A DNA stretch of 64,000 nucleotides, taken from contig CAYSHH010000002.1 of the NCBI GenBank assembly GCA_964430945.1, forward strand, positions 2,037 to 66,036, in the 5' to 3' direction. The DNA is from an uncultured Candidatus Saccharibacteria bacterium. GTDB taxonomy: Bacteria; Patescibacteriota; UBA1384; JAMDBS01; CAYSHH01. The notes beneath the pieces are model-generated. The model did not search any database. It was not told the DNA's origin and saw only the letters and a list, made by a program, of their open reading frames with translations. Position 1 is the stretch's first letter; every line of letters starts with the position of its first letter. Below, in pieces: positions 28,601-39,519 of the stretch. Both the position numbers and the translations under genes were made by a program.

Positions 28601-29389
28601 ATGGGTTGGTTTGACAAAAAAAGAGGGCGTAGGCAAAGCTTCGTAAGTCCCAAAATATACACTAGAACTTCGAAAGAAGTATCGGTAAGTTTTAAGCCAG
28701 TATATATATGGGTATTTTTGCTTGTTGTCTTAATAGGATTTCTTATTTGGTGGATTTTCTTTTCAGATTTTTTCAAGATAAAAGAGATTGATATTGACGG
28801 TACTCTCAATGGAAGCATAAAAACTGAAATTGATAAATTCTATGGTCAAAATATATTCTTATTTACTGTTGGGGCTAAAGACAAAGAACTAGCAAAAAAA
28901 CAGACTAGTATAGAAAAATTAAATATTATCAAAGGTATCCCGGATATGCTTAAGATTGAGATATTGGTCAGAAGTCCTGAGATGAGATGGAAAACTCAAG
29001 ATAAAATTTACTATATTGATAAGGATGGTGTAATTTTCAATTTGGAAGAAAGTACTGAGCAATTTGATAATCTGCCGACAGTTAAGGACACGCGAGATTT
29101 AGATGTTCAGTTGGGATCGAAGATAGTTACAAATGACTTTGTAGAATTCGTTAGTGAAATCATAAACCAATTAGATACCAAAACAGATAAGGAAATTGAG
29201 GAAATCAGAATTAACGACACAACGCTTCATCTTGAGGTTAAATTTAAGGATTCATATAAGGTTTATTTTGATACTATAGGTAATCTAACAAGGCAAGTCG
29301 ATTTATTGAAGAAGACTATTGAAAAGCACGATGGAGATATTAAAGAATATGTGGATCTTAGAGTTGATAAGAAGGCATATTATCAATAG
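28601..29389 (+). CDS. ftsQ: Cell division protein FtsQ/DivIB
   Basis: TM helix, POTRA-like segment (FFKIKEIDIDG) and C-terminal YVDLRV. Confidence 0.85.
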   Translation: MGWFDKKRGRRQSFVSPKIYTRTSKEVSVSFKPVYIWVFLLVVLIGFLIWWIFFSDFFKIKEIDIDGTLNGSIKTEIDKFYGQNIFLFTVGAKDKELAKKQTSIEKLNIIKGIPDMLKIEILVRSPEMRWKTQDKIYYIDKDGVIFNLEESTEQFDNLPTVKDTRDLDVQLGSKIVTNDFVEFVSEIINQLDTKTDKEIEEIRINDTTLHLEVKFKDSYKVYFDTIGNLTRQVDLLKKTIEKHDGDIKEYVDLRVDKKAYYQ

Positions 29390-29416
29390 TATTTGTAAAA
29401 AATAAAATTTAATATA

Positions 29417-31090
29417 ATGCAGAAAAAACGTTGGATTATCAGTCCGAAAAAATCGGATGATATTATTGAGCAACTTTTGATAAATAGGGGGATTGATCCA
29501 AAAAATAAGGATCAATTTTTGTATCCTGATTATAAGAGAGATCTTTTAGATCCGTTTCTTATTAATGATATGGATAAAGCTGTTAAATTAATTCATGATA
29601 CTATCTGTAACAATGAAAAAATTGGAGTCTTTGCTGATTATGATGCTGATGGTATACCTGGTGCAGCGCTTTTATATAGGGTTCTAAAAATATACAAAGC
29701 GGAGGTTGAAGTTTATATTCCATCTCGAAATGAAGGATATGGACTTAATGAAAAAGGTATTGAGGATCTCTATAAAAAAGGTTGTAAACTACTTATATCT
29801 ATTGATCTTGGAATTACAAATAAAAAACAAGTTGAATATGCAAAAAAACTTGGTATGAAGGTAATTATCACAGATCATCACGAGATTCAAAAAGACTTAT
29901 TTCCAAAAAATGCTGATGTTGTCGTCCATACTCATATATCTGATAAATATTTAAATAATGATCTTGCTGGTGGGGCTGTTGTATATAAAATTGCTCAGGC
30001 TCTCGGTATTGAGTATGGTCATCCGGATGAAAGAGAGATCAAGTGGCTTTTGGATTTGCCAGCTATCTCAACAATTTGCGATATTGTGCCTTTGACTGGT
30101 GAAAACAGAGTGATTGCCAAGTATGGACTTTTAGTGCTTTCAAAAACAAAAAATATGGGTATAAAATGTTTGTACAAGTACTCGAATATCAATAAAGAAA
30201 ACGTTGATACGTATACTGTAGGATATCAAATCGGTCCTAGGATAAATGCTCCGGGACGGATTGCTCACGGAAAATCATCTTATGATCTTTTGGTGTGTGA
30301 TGATGAAAAAACGGCTACAATCATCGCTAAAAAACTAGATGAAACAAATCAAGAGCGTCAGGAGTCACTCAAGGAAATACTTTTAGAGGCAAAAAAGATA
30401 ATTAGAGATAAAAAATTAGATGAGGAAAAAATAATTATTGTACGGGGAAAAAGATGGCCATCTGGCTTGGTGGGGTTAGTGTCTTCAAAAATTACCGATG
30501 AATATAATCGACCAAGCATAGTGCTTTCTGAGGAAGATGAGATTTTGAGAGGATCTTCGAGAAGTATTGATTGTTTTCATCTTGTTAGTAATCTCAAGAA
30601 GGTAGAAAAATATTTGATGAGTTTTGGCGGACATGCAAAGGCTGCAGGATTATCAATGAAAAAGGATAATTTCCATAAATTTTACAAAGCTATTACACAG
30701 ATTGCCTATAGCAAAATTTCAGATAAAGATCTTATTGGTGAAATAAAGATTGATATGAAAATAAAATTCCAAGATTTATCCTTGGGTTTAGTGAAAGATA
30801 TTGATAGATTTGAGCCGTTCGGGCTTGGTAATCCCAGGCCAATATTGATGGTAAAGGATTTAGAAGTGATTGATACTAGATGGGTTGGTAAAGATAGAAA
30901 TCATCTTAAGCTTAAATTGAAACATCCAAAGAGTACTAAAATAATTGATGCAATATGTTTTCGTGCTCATGAAGATTTTGAACGAATAAGAAGATCATCT
31001 ATCATCGACCTAGCATTTACACTTTCTGAAAATGTATGGAGAGGACAAAGGCGTTTAGATCTTCTTGTTGCTGATATCCAGATGCATTAG
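29417..31090 (+). CDS. recJ: ssDNA-specific exonuclease RecJ
   Basis: DYDADG, R.EGYGL, TDHH, PRINAPGR, GGHAKAAG and EPFGLGNPRP. Confidence 0.97.
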   Translation: MQKKRWIISPKKSDDIIEQLLINRGIDPKNKDQFLYPDYKRDLLDPFLINDMDKAVKLIHDTICNNEKIGVFADYDADGIPGAALLYRVLKIYKAEVEVYIPSRNEGYGLNEKGIEDLYKKGCKLLISIDLGITNKKQVEYAKKLGMKVIITDHHEIQKDLFPKNADVVVHTHISDKYLNNDLAGGAVVYKIAQALGIEYGHPDEREIKWLLDLPAISTICDIVPLTGENRVIAKYGLLVLSKTKNMGIKCLYKYSNINKENVDTYTVGYQIGPRINAPGRIAHGKSSYDLLVCDDEKTATIIAKKLDETNQERQESLKEILLEAKKIIRDKKLDEEKIIIVRGKRWPSGLVGLVSSKITDEYNRPSIVLSEEDEILRGSSRSIDCFHLVSNLKKVEKYLMSFGGHAKAAGLSMKKDNFHKFYKAITQIAYSKISDKDLIGEIKIDMKIKFQDLSLGLVKDIDRFEPFGLGNPRPILMVKDLEVIDTRWVGKDRNHLKLKLKHPKSTKIIDAICFRAHEDFERIRRSSIIDLAFTLSENVWRGQRRLDLLVADIQMH

Positions 31091-32133
31091 TCTTTTATGA
31101 TTTTATAGTGTTTCAAGATGTACGTAAGGATATTGATAATAATCAAAATAGCTATAGTAATGAGCGATAAGGCTATTAGATAATTAAATAAATTATCAAT
31201 GCTGATTTTCGCAATGTCAGTGACAATCAATTTTAGTGAATAGGTTATTTTCAAGTCTAGATCTTTGGTCAGGTCAGAATTTATCAGTGATCGTTCTATC
31301 AATGAATAAACTAATATTCCTGCTGCACCTATGCCTAATGACAGTGTGATTGAATGGATAGTGTGGAATAAGGTTTTTAGATTGATGAATATAAGGATAA
31401 TTATTATCACGATGGAGATTATCAATGATGTCCAGAAGGAAACAGTTAAATTTATAAAATAATTTTTAAATATATTGATTTCGTCTAGAACGCTTTTGAG
31501 TTGGTTTGCGATTTTTATATCTTTGGTAGAAATATTGTTTATTTGTGATTGAATACTAGAAATATCAGTTTTAATCTGATCTAGATTAATATTCATCGAG
31601 TCACAGTCAATGGATACATTTAAAAGTTTGTTATCTTCAGTATCAATGCTTTTTGCTTCTTCGCAAGTGGGGACAAGTTCGTTTAGAAGTATCAACCCAT
31701 CATTGATTGTTTTGAGATTTGAGCTAAAGTCATCCATTTTAATAAGCACGGAAGGTTCTTGTTCTGGTTTGGAAAAAAATGATGCAATCTTGTCTACTAG
31801 TACATCGGCTTTTTCTTTTACCCAATTGGGGGAAATAGCTTTTTGAATGACAAATATTATTCCTTGTTGTGCTAAGAAATTAGTAGTTTGTGCTTCGGAA
31901 AGTGTCGAATCCATAATAATTGCAGGAATGGCCTCGTTGACTAGTCTTTCATAAGCATTGGCTTCAGTGAGATTTTCCTTGTAAAAATTTGGATTGGCAA
32001 CAGTGTTTTTAAGCGTAAGTGATATTAAAAAAATTGCGAAGACTGGAACCAATATAATCAGTAATATCCAATTTACAATTTTTTTCCAGTTCCAATATAT
32101 AACAATTTTCTTGTCATCTTTTTCATGTTTCAT
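31087..32133 (-). CDS. Hypothetical membrane protein
   Basis: N-terminal TM helix, a large soluble region with two Cys, and three C-terminal TM segments. Confidence 0.75.
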   Translation of the reverse strand: MKHEKDDKKIVIYWNWKKIVNWILLIILVPVFAIFLISLTLKNTVANPNFYKENLTEANAYERLVNEAIPAIIMDSTLSEAQTTNFLAQQGIIFVIQKAISPNWVKEKADVLVDKIASFFSKPEQEPSVLIKMDDFSSNLKTINDGLILLNELVPTCEEAKSIDTEDNKLLNVSIDCDSMNINLDQIKTDISSIQSQINNISTKDIKIANQLKSVLDEINIFKNYFINLTVSFWTSLIISIVIIIILIFINLKTLFHTIHSITLSLGIGAAGILVYSLIERSLINSDLTKDLDLKITYSLKLIVTDIAKISIDNLFNYLIALSLITIAILIIINILTYILKHYKIIKD

Positions 32134-32199
32134 ATAAAACCCTCCTAATTATTATTCATTTCCATTTTATCAAAAAAGTTGTGTTAAAATAAGTATGAT

Positions 32200-33501
32200 A
32201 TGAAAAATAAAAATACAATTTATGTTTGCTCAGAGTGTGGCGAAGAATATGCAAAGTGGTCTGGAATGTGTGAAAGTTGTCATGCGTGGAATACGCTTAA
32301 GGAGTTCAATACACAAAGTAGTGAGTCAACGGCCGGTAAAAATGTCGAAGCATGTCAGATTAATAATTTGGGCAAAGTTAAAAAAACAAATTTTTCGCGA
32401 CTCCAAAGTGGTATTTTTGAATTTGATAGGGTGCTTGGTGGTGGTATAGTGCCTGGATCTGTAATACTTCTTGGTGGAGATCCGGGAATAGGTAAATCGA
32501 CTTTAACAGCTCAAGTTGTTTCCAATATCAAGGATACCCTCTATGTGTCTGGAGAAGAAAGTATAGAACAGATCAAACTTAGAGTTGATCGACTTAATAT
32601 TAAAAATAAGGAATTGGATGTAGTTTGTGAAACGAATATTGATAGTATTATAAAAACTATAGCAAAGAATAAACCCAGTCTTGTCGTAATTGATTCGATA
32701 CAGACAATGTACACAGAAGCTTTTCCTTCCACACCTGGGTCAATGGTGCAGGTGAGAGAATGTGGACTAAAGTTACAAAATTTGGCCAAGAAGATAAGGA
32801 TTCCAGTGATACTTATTGGGCATGTTACTAAGTCTGGGAATGTTGCTGGTCCAAAAATATTAGAGCATTTAGTTGATGTTGTGCTTTATTTAGGGGGTGA
32901 GCGGTATCATAATAATCGAATACTTCGAGCTCAGAAAAATCGTTTTGGATCGATTGATGAGATTGGTGTATTTGAGATGGAAGAGCGGGGAATGATTGAG
33001 GTGAAAAATCCATCAAAATTATTTTTAGAGGAAAAGGGAGAGAATGTATCTGGATCGGCAGTGGCTGTTAGCGTAGAAGGGAATAGACCAATATTGGTAG
33101 AAGTTCAGGCTTTGGTGTCAAAAACAAATTTTGGTTATCCAAAGCGCACAACGAGTGGGTTCGATCTAAATAGATTAAATCTCATTATCGCGATTTTATC
33201 ACAAAGAGGAAGGATCGATCTTGGTAATTATGATGTGTATATAAATATAGTTGGGGGATTAAAAATCAAAGATCCTGGAGTAGATTTGGCTATAGGTATA
33301 GCGATAGTATCGGCATTTACCAAAAAGTCTGTAGATAATAAAGCTGCTTTTTTTGGTGAGCTAGGGCTTTCTGGAGAGATAAGAAAGGTAAAATTTGATA
33401 AAAAAAGAGCAATTGAAGCACGAAGGTTGGGATTTTCGACTATTCTAAATGATAGATATCTTGGGATACTAATATCTAAATTGTTTAAAACTAAAAAGTA
33501 A
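32200..33501 (+). CDS. radA: DNA repair protein RadA/Sms
   Basis: N-terminal C4 zinc finger, GDPGIGKST, KNRFG and a Lon-like C-terminus. Confidence 0.98.
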   Translation: MKNKNTIYVCSECGEEYAKWSGMCESCHAWNTLKEFNTQSSESTAGKNVEACQINNLGKVKKTNFSRLQSGIFEFDRVLGGGIVPGSVILLGGDPGIGKSTLTAQVVSNIKDTLYVSGEESIEQIKLRVDRLNIKNKELDVVCETNIDSIIKTIAKNKPSLVVIDSIQTMYTEAFPSTPGSMVQVRECGLKLQNLAKKIRIPVILIGHVTKSGNVAGPKILEHLVDVVLYLGGERYHNNRILRAQKNRFGSIDEIGVFEMEERGMIEVKNPSKLFLEEKGENVSGSAVAVSVEGNRPILVEVQALVSKTNFGYPKRTTSGFDLNRLNLIIAILSQRGRIDLGNYDVYINIVGGLKIKDPGVDLAIGIAIVSAFTKKSVDNKAAFFGELGLSGEIRKVKFDKKRAIEARRLGFSTILNDRYLGILISKLFKTKK

Positions 33502-33516
33502 GATATACTTTATAAA

Positions 33517-34140
33517 ATGAAAGATAAAATGGTCAAAGAGAACGGCACAACTAAAATTGCCGAATTTGTGTCAAATGTTTTTAATCCAGGGATTTTAGCG
33601 ATTCTTATACTTTTGGTTTCCGTATATGAGTCAGCAATGCCTTTTAATGTATCAGTAGGTTGGTATATTGGAATTCTCGTTTTAAATGGTATTATACCAG
33701 GAATGATCTATTGGTTTTTTGTGCATAAAGGATATATCTTTGATGATACACTGCACAATGATGATGTGCACAAAGAACGGGTTGTGATATATGGTGCGTT
33801 TCTGGTGCTAACAGCTATTGAACTTCTGGTGATGGTTACAGCAAGACATTTTTATCAGCCGCTTTATGCGACTTTTGTCGGAGGAATAATCGCAATTGTA
33901 ATCGCTGGAGTGCTCAGTTATTTCTGGAAAGTCAGTATGCACTCGTCTATGATAACTTTTTTTGTGCTTATGTTGATGCTTATGTTTGGTCCAGCTTGGT
34001 GGCCAGCAATATTTCTAATACCTCTTGTTTGGTGGTCTAGATTGGTACTTTATAGACATACTATATGGCAGCTTTTAGGGGGAATGATACTTTCGATATT
34101 GGTAGCACTTGGAACTTTTTGGTTTTTTGGGTTGGTATAG
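33517..34140 (+). CDS. Membrane protein, PAP2-superfamily-like
   Basis: Multiple TM helices with WKVSMH and WSRLVLYRHT motifs. Confidence 0.65.
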   Translation: MKDKMVKENGTTKIAEFVSNVFNPGILAILILLVSVYESAMPFNVSVGWYIGILVLNGIIPGMIYWFFVHKGYIFDDTLHNDDVHKERVVIYGAFLVLTAIELLVMVTARHFYQPLYATFVGGIIAIVIAGVLSYFWKVSMHSSMITFFVLMLMLMFGPAWWPAIFLIPLVWWSRLVLYRHTIWQLLGGMILSILVALGTFWFFGLV

Positions 34141-34219
34141 ATAAAATTGTAAAAAATAATATTTCGTTTATATCAAAATTTTTTTAAATATATTTTTTCT
34201 TGTAGTAAGCCATTAATGA

Positions 34220-34948
34220 CTAAAATACTTTCATCCAATTATCTACTGATAAATTTTTTAATAAATTAAGAGCCAAACGATCATCGTGTTTTATATCATA
34301 CATAAGTTTATGTATCGCCACTTCCATTTGACCTAATAATAATCTTGGATTTACTTTTGCTTTTACGAGATAATAATTTTTTCTGGGTTCATAATTGCCA
34401 AATTCAGCTATAGCTGTATATTTTGGTGAAAGTTGGTAACCGAGTTTAAAATAAGTAATTTTTTTACCGATCGTGTTACTAATTTTATTTTCAAGATATT
34501 TTTTGATTGTTAGAAAAATATGTCGTTGTCGGCCATTGTTTTTTATATGTATAACTAATTGATTAAAATTGTGTTGCAAAGCATTTCTTAATTGTCTAAT
34601 AATTAGTCGCTCATGATCATCAAATGAGAAATATTTTTTGTAAAATAATTTAAAATCATTGTTAGATTTATTTTTGCCAGCCGTTACCGCGGTGATATTT
34701 GACACTAATCCCTCAATGATAATATCTGCTAAAAGTAAAGCTGGGAAGTAAGCGATATGATCAAATTTTAATAATAGAAAAATATCTCTTCTTAAAAGAA
34801 AGAGTGGTGAATATGCGTAATGTTCATTTTTTTCAGGATATAAACTATTAAATAAGTCGATATATACATCTCTATCGTGTGAGCCGGGTAAAAAGAAGCA
34901 GCGTATTCGACGATCTAGTTCGGTTTGTTGTATTTTAGTTAATGACAT
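34220..34948 (-). CDS. Hypothetical protein with a HEPN-like RxxxxH motif
   Basis: Helical protein containing LRNALQH. Confidence 0.55.
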   Translation of the reverse strand: MSLTKIQQTELDRRIRCFFLPGSHDRDVYIDLFNSLYPEKNEHYAYSPLFLLRRDIFLLLKFDHIAYFPALLLADIIIEGLVSNITAVTAGKNKSNNDFKLFYKKYFSFDDHERLIIRQLRNALQHNFNQLVIHIKNNGRQRHIFLTIKKYLENKISNTIGKKITYFKLGYQLSPKYTAIAEFGNYEPRKNYYLVKAKVNPRLLLGQMEVAIHKLMYDIKHDDRLALNLLKNLSVDNWMKVF

Positions 34949-34997
34949 AACACTATTGATCGATGTGTATGGTTACTAAGATTTATATTTTATATTT

Positions 34998-35405
34998 TTA
35001 TAAAAAGAGTCTTTTGTATTCACTAATTGCAATTTTATCTACTTGAAAGGGTAGTTCTGAGATGTTTTTGAGATTTAGCCAAAATATTTTTTCAGCTTCA
35101 TTATTTTTAATTCTACCAGTCCATTTTACTATTAGATAGTAGTCAATTTGTAAATATATTTCACGATCACATTTATGTAAAAGACTACATAAAAAATAAT
35201 ATTTTAAAATATTTACACTAAGTTCTTCTTTAATTTCACGTTTCAGAGCTTGAATATTTGTTTCATTTTGCTTGATGTGACCACTTGGAATTACTATTTT
35301 TCCTGGATATACTTTTTCAGTTAGTTTTCGCTGTTCAACTAAAAAACTATTGTCTTTGATAAAAATAAAGGCAACAGTTTTTATATATTTTTTAGGATAT
35401 GTCAT
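34998..35405 (-). CDS. NUDIX hydrolase
   Basis: PSGHIKQNETNIQALKREIKEEL Nudix box. Start at MTYPKK avoids overlap with the PBP gene. Confidence 0.85.
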   Translation of the reverse strand: MTYPKKYIKTVAFIFIKDNSFLVEQRKLTEKVYPGKIVIPSGHIKQNETNIQALKREIKEELSVNILKYYFLCSLLHKCDREIYLQIDYYLIVKWTGRIKNNEAEKIFWLNLKNISELPFQVDKIAISEYKRLFL

Positions 35406-35412
35406 TGTTTTT

Positions 35413-38223
35413 TTACAGCGGTGTTGCTGAATATTGAGTAATATTTGCATTTTCATTGCCAGAACTGTCAACAGTACGAATTGTGAAATAATATTTAGTG
35501 CTACTATTGAGGCTACTTATCGTTGTAGAATCACTAGTGTTGGAGGTGGCTGCAACTTCTTTATTTTTTATACCAAGAGTACCTGATTTTGTAGAAACAT
35601 AAATTCTTGCGATTTTTAAGTCATTGTTTTTGGGGTTAGTCCAGGACAGCTTAACTGATTTTGATCCTGGAGTAAGACTTACATTTTTTACGACGCTTGG
35701 AGGCGACGTATCTTTTGTCGCATTTATAGTGATGGTGTTTGTTGTCGATAGATCGTGATTGTCGTTGACCTTGGCGGTAATTTGATGTGATCCAGTGGAG
35801 AGATTGTTCGCGTCATAACTATAGCTATATGGTGCGGAATCAGCTTGTCCAATTTTTACATTATCGATTAGAAATTCAACATTTCTAACACCGAAATTTG
35901 ACGAGGCATTAGCTGTAATGTCGAAATTTCCAGAAATACTATCATTGTTTGCAGGCGAGGTGATATTTATACTCGGTTTTATACTGTTAACGTCACATAC
36001 TTCAGTAGGAGCTTGATCAATGTGTATTCCTAGCGCTTCGGCTGCATAGCGAACTGGATTTTCCCAACTTGGATTGTCAGGTACTTCAGAATGTAGATTT
36101 GTATATGTTCGTTCTTCTACTTGTGATTCTGGGCAATTTTCGTCAGCAAGTTTATCACCGTCGCAAGCTTTGCAGATGCGAACTTTTACGTGAATATCAT
36201 CATATTCTTTGGGAACTTGCCATGAAGCAAAAATATCTGTAATTTTTTCTGGTGATTGATCAGTAGGAATTTTTCCTGATAATTTGTCGACAGTAAAATC
36301 TTGAATACCTTCAGGTTTTTCAAATTGTTCTATTGGAGTGCCTTCTAGAGCTTTTGCCATGTATTCGTGAAATATTGGGGCAGCGGCCATGACTCCAGCG
36401 GCATGTCCAGACATAGGCGTATTATCATTGTTGCCTACCCAAACAGATGTTACAAGTGAGGGAGTATATCCGTTGGTCCAAGCGTCGCGGAAGCTATCGG
36501 TTGTACCAGTTTTAGCGGCCACTGGGCGATTTCCAAAGCTAAGTGTTGAGTTTGGTCCAAATGTAGAAAGTCTCGCATTGTCATCAGATAAAATACTTGA
36601 TATCTCGTAAGCAATTTGTGGATCTAATACATCTTTTTTATTTTTACCATCTTGGTATTCTTCTAGAACTTTGCCTTGATTATCTTCAATTTTCAAAAAT
36701 GGGGTTGTTTCTGCAAGTGTACCATTGTCGGCAAATACGCCGAAGGCAGTGGCCATATCAAGTGGCATTACTTCTCCACCGCCAAGAACTAACGATAAAC
36801 CATATCTTTCAGGGTCATTAAGTGTAGTGATTCCCATTTCATGGGCGGTTTTTAGAACGTTGTCTAGCCCAGCAAGGTAAAGTATTTTTACAGCGGGAAT
36901 ATTTAATGAATTTCCGAGAGCATATCGAATTGTAACTGGTCCATGGGTTGCTTTATCGTAGTTTTCGGGCGTGTAGTTTCCAAAATCAGTTTTAACATCC
37001 CATAGGATTGATGATGGTGAATATTTGCCTTTGAATGCTGTGGCATAGGCAATCGGTTTGAATGAAGACCCTGGTTGTCTTTCGGAAATTGTTACGTTGA
37101 CTTGCCCGTCATTATCGGTGTCGAAATAGTCATGTGAACCAACCATTGCTAATATCTGTCCAGTTTTTGGATCTAGTGAAACCAGCCCCGCGTTATCAGC
37201 TCCATATTGAGCCATATTTTTTTCGTAGCCATTTTTTACAGCTTCCTCGGCAATATTTTGTTTATCTAAATCAAGCGTGGTAGTGACTTTCAAACCACCT
37301 TCTTCAACGGTTTTTTCGCCATATTCTTCGACGAGTTTTTGCTTGACGTACATTACGAAGTGGGGCGCTAAAATATTTTCTTTTTGTTCAGCAACTTGTA
37401 TTTCTTTGTCTTTGGATTCGGTAGCTTGATCTTCGGTAATATATCCGTCTTCGGCCATTCTATCTAAAACGTAATCTCTTCTTGCTTTAAGCTCGTCTGG
37501 ATTTTGACCATATGGAGAAAAAAAGGTTGGAGCCTGTGGGAGTGCTGCAAGGGTGGCAGCTTCGTCTAATGTAAGATCTTTGGCTGGTTTTTCATAATAA
37601 GTCTCGCTGGCAGCTTCAATACCATAAGCATTTGATCCATAAGGAATTTCATTTAAATACATAGTTAAAATTTCATCTTTAGAATACATTGCTTCAATTT
37701 CTAGAGATAAAATAAGTTCTTTTATTTTACGATCGATTGTTTTTTTTGGCGATAATAAAGCGTTTTTGACATATTGCTGGGTAATAGTTGATCCGCCAGA
37801 TGTATAACCATATTTGCCAGTAATATTGTTGAATGCTGCACGAGTGATTCCTTTAATGTCGATTCCCATGTGTGAATAAAAATGTTTATCTTCGGCTGAA
37901 ACTGTAGCTTGTTTTACGATATCTGGTATTTCATCACTTTTTACAACTGTTCTTTTTTGCTCACCGTGAACGTCATATAGAATTTTTCCGTTTCTGTCTA
38001 AAATTTGTGAAGATTCTACCGGGTATCTGTCTTGTATTTTTCCTGGAGTTGGTAGATCTTTCGCATACCACGCAAAAAGAATGATTATCAATACTAAAAA
38101 TATTCCTAAGGCCTGGAGGATTCTTTTTTTGAGTCTTTTGGGAGTGAGTTTGTTTATTTTTTTCTCATTTTTTTTTCGAGAAAACTTACTAAAAAACTTT
38201 TGCAAACTTTGTTTTATTTTCAT
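35413..38223 (-). CDS. Class A PBP (PBP1A family) with C-terminal Ig-like and FN3 domains
   Basis: Transglycosylase motifs (EDKHFYSH.G, GGSTITQQYVKN, RKIKE) and transpeptidase motifs (QPGSSFKP, SLN, KTGT), then Big- and FN3-like tail. Confidence 0.95.
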   Translation of the reverse strand: MKIKQSLQKFFSKFSRKKNEKKINKLTPKRLKKRILQALGIFLVLIIILFAWYAKDLPTPGKIQDRYPVESSQILDRNGKILYDVHGEQKRTVVKSDEIPDIVKQATVSAEDKHFYSHMGIDIKGITRAAFNNITGKYGYTSGGSTITQQYVKNALLSPKKTIDRKIKELILSLEIEAMYSKDEILTMYLNEIPYGSNAYGIEAASETYYEKPAKDLTLDEAATLAALPQAPTFFSPYGQNPDELKARRDYVLDRMAEDGYITEDQATESKDKEIQVAEQKENILAPHFVMYVKQKLVEEYGEKTVEEGGLKVTTTLDLDKQNIAEEAVKNGYEKNMAQYGADNAGLVSLDPKTGQILAMVGSHDYFDTDNDGQVNVTISERQPGSSFKPIAYATAFKGKYSPSSILWDVKTDFGNYTPENYDKATHGPVTIRYALGNSLNIPAVKILYLAGLDNVLKTAHEMGITTLNDPERYGLSLVLGGGEVMPLDMATAFGVFADNGTLAETTPFLKIEDNQGKVLEEYQDGKNKKDVLDPQIAYEISSILSDDNARLSTFGPNSTLSFGNRPVAAKTGTTDSFRDAWTNGYTPSLVTSVWVGNNDNTPMSGHAAGVMAAAPIFHEYMAKALEGTPIEQFEKPEGIQDFTVDKLSGKIPTDQSPEKITDIFASWQVPKEYDDIHVKVRICKACDGDKLADENCPESQVEERTYTNLHSEVPDNPSWENPVRYAAEALGIHIDQAPTEVCDVNSIKPSINITSPANNDSISGNFDITANASSNFGVRNVEFLIDNVKIGQADSAPYSYSYDANNLSTGSHQITAKVNDNHDLSTTNTITINATKDTSPPSVVKNVSLTPGSKSVKLSWTNPKNNDLKIARIYVSTKSGTLGIKNKEVAATSNTSDSTTISSLNSSTKYYFTIRTVDSSGNENANITQYSATPL

Positions 38224-38327
38224 AGTAACTTCTCCTAAATTGCTATCGCTTTACATTATAGCAAATTTTTTCATATAATATTAGATAAGAGTATTTATTA
38301 ATTAATATCTAAAAATAAGAATAAATT

Positions 38328-39512
38328 ATGAAAAATCAGGACATAGAGAAATTATTGAGTAGCGGTGTAGAAGAGATTGTTGTGAAAAAAGATCTTGTCA
38401 AGAAACTTCAGAGTGGTAACAAATTGAGGATTAAGCATGGTGTGGATCCTACTTCTCCTGATCTTCATATTGGGTATGCGGTAGTATATCACAAGCTTCG
38501 TGAATTTCAAGATGCAGGGCATAAGATAGTGTTTTTGATTGGCGATTTCACAGCTCGCTTTGGTGATCCTACGGATAAGGAAAAATCAAGAACTCTAAGG
38601 GATGCAAAAATTGTTCGCAATTTGTCTAAAAAATATCTTGAACAAGTTGGTAAAATTCTTGATCTTAAAAAAACAGAAATAAGATATAATTCTGAATGGT
38701 ATGATAAGATGAGTGCAGAAGAGTTGATAAAACTTATCTCTAGTTTTACGATTGCGAGACTTCTTGAAAGAGACATGTTTGCAAAGAGGATGAAAGAAAA
38801 TAAGGAGATTCAGGCACACGAGATTATCTATCCAATTTTACAAGGTTGGGATTCAGTAATGTTGAAATCAGATCTTACAGTTATTGGCACTGATCAGAAA
38901 TTTAATGAACTACAAGGAAGAAGATTGCAGGAAGAAGTTGGGCAAAAACCACAAGACATTTTGTCAGTACCGATTTTAGTTGGAATAGATGGTAAGATTA
39001 AAATGAGTCAAAGTATCGGCAATTATATATCGTTAAATGATTCGCCAAACGAAATGTTTGGAAAAGTAATGTCGATACCAGATGATGTAATTTTGCATTA
39101 TGCTGAGCTTGCTTCTAGGATGGATAAAGATGAAATCGATAAAATTAAGAAAATGGTGAAGTCTGATCCCAGAGATGCAAAAGCTCGAGTAGCAAAAGCC
39201 TTAGTAGAATTGTACTACAATGGCAAAGGTGCTGAAGCGGAAGCAGAATTCAATAGGATATTTAAAGATAAAGAAAATCCATTTGATATGCCTGAAATTG
39301 AACTTAAGATTAAAACAGTTGTTAAGCTTGTAGATATATTGCATGAGCTTAAACTTGTAAATTCTAGGTCAGAAGCAAGAAGGCTTATTGAACAAGGTGG
39401 AATAAAGATTGATAAAGTAAAAATTTCTAGTATTGATGAAAAATTAAAATTTCATGATGGAATGGTCATACAATTAGGTAGACATAAATTTGTAAAAATT
39501 AAAATGAAATAG
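38328..39512 (+). CDS. tyrS: Tyrosine--tRNA ligase
   Basis: GVDPTSPDLHIGY, IGDFTA.GDP, YPILQGWDS, GTDQKFN, KMSQS and a C-terminal S4 domain. Confidence 0.96.
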   Translation: MKNQDIEKLLSSGVEEIVVKKDLVKKLQSGNKLRIKHGVDPTSPDLHIGYAVVYHKLREFQDAGHKIVFLIGDFTARFGDPTDKEKSRTLRDAKIVRNLSKKYLEQVGKILDLKKTEIRYNSEWYDKMSAEELIKLISSFTIARLLERDMFAKRMKENKEIQAHEIIYPILQGWDSVMLKSDLTVIGTDQKFNELQGRRLQEEVGQKPQDILSVPILVGIDGKIKMSQSIGNYISLNDSPNEMFGKVMSIPDDVILHYAELASRMDKDEIDKIKKMVKSDPRDAKARVAKALVELYYNGKGAEAEAEFNRIFKDKENPFDMPEIELKIKTVVKLVDILHELKLVNSRSEARRLIEQGGIKIDKVKISSIDEKLKFHDGMVIQLGRHKFVKIKMK

Positions 39513-39519
39513 TAGGAGG

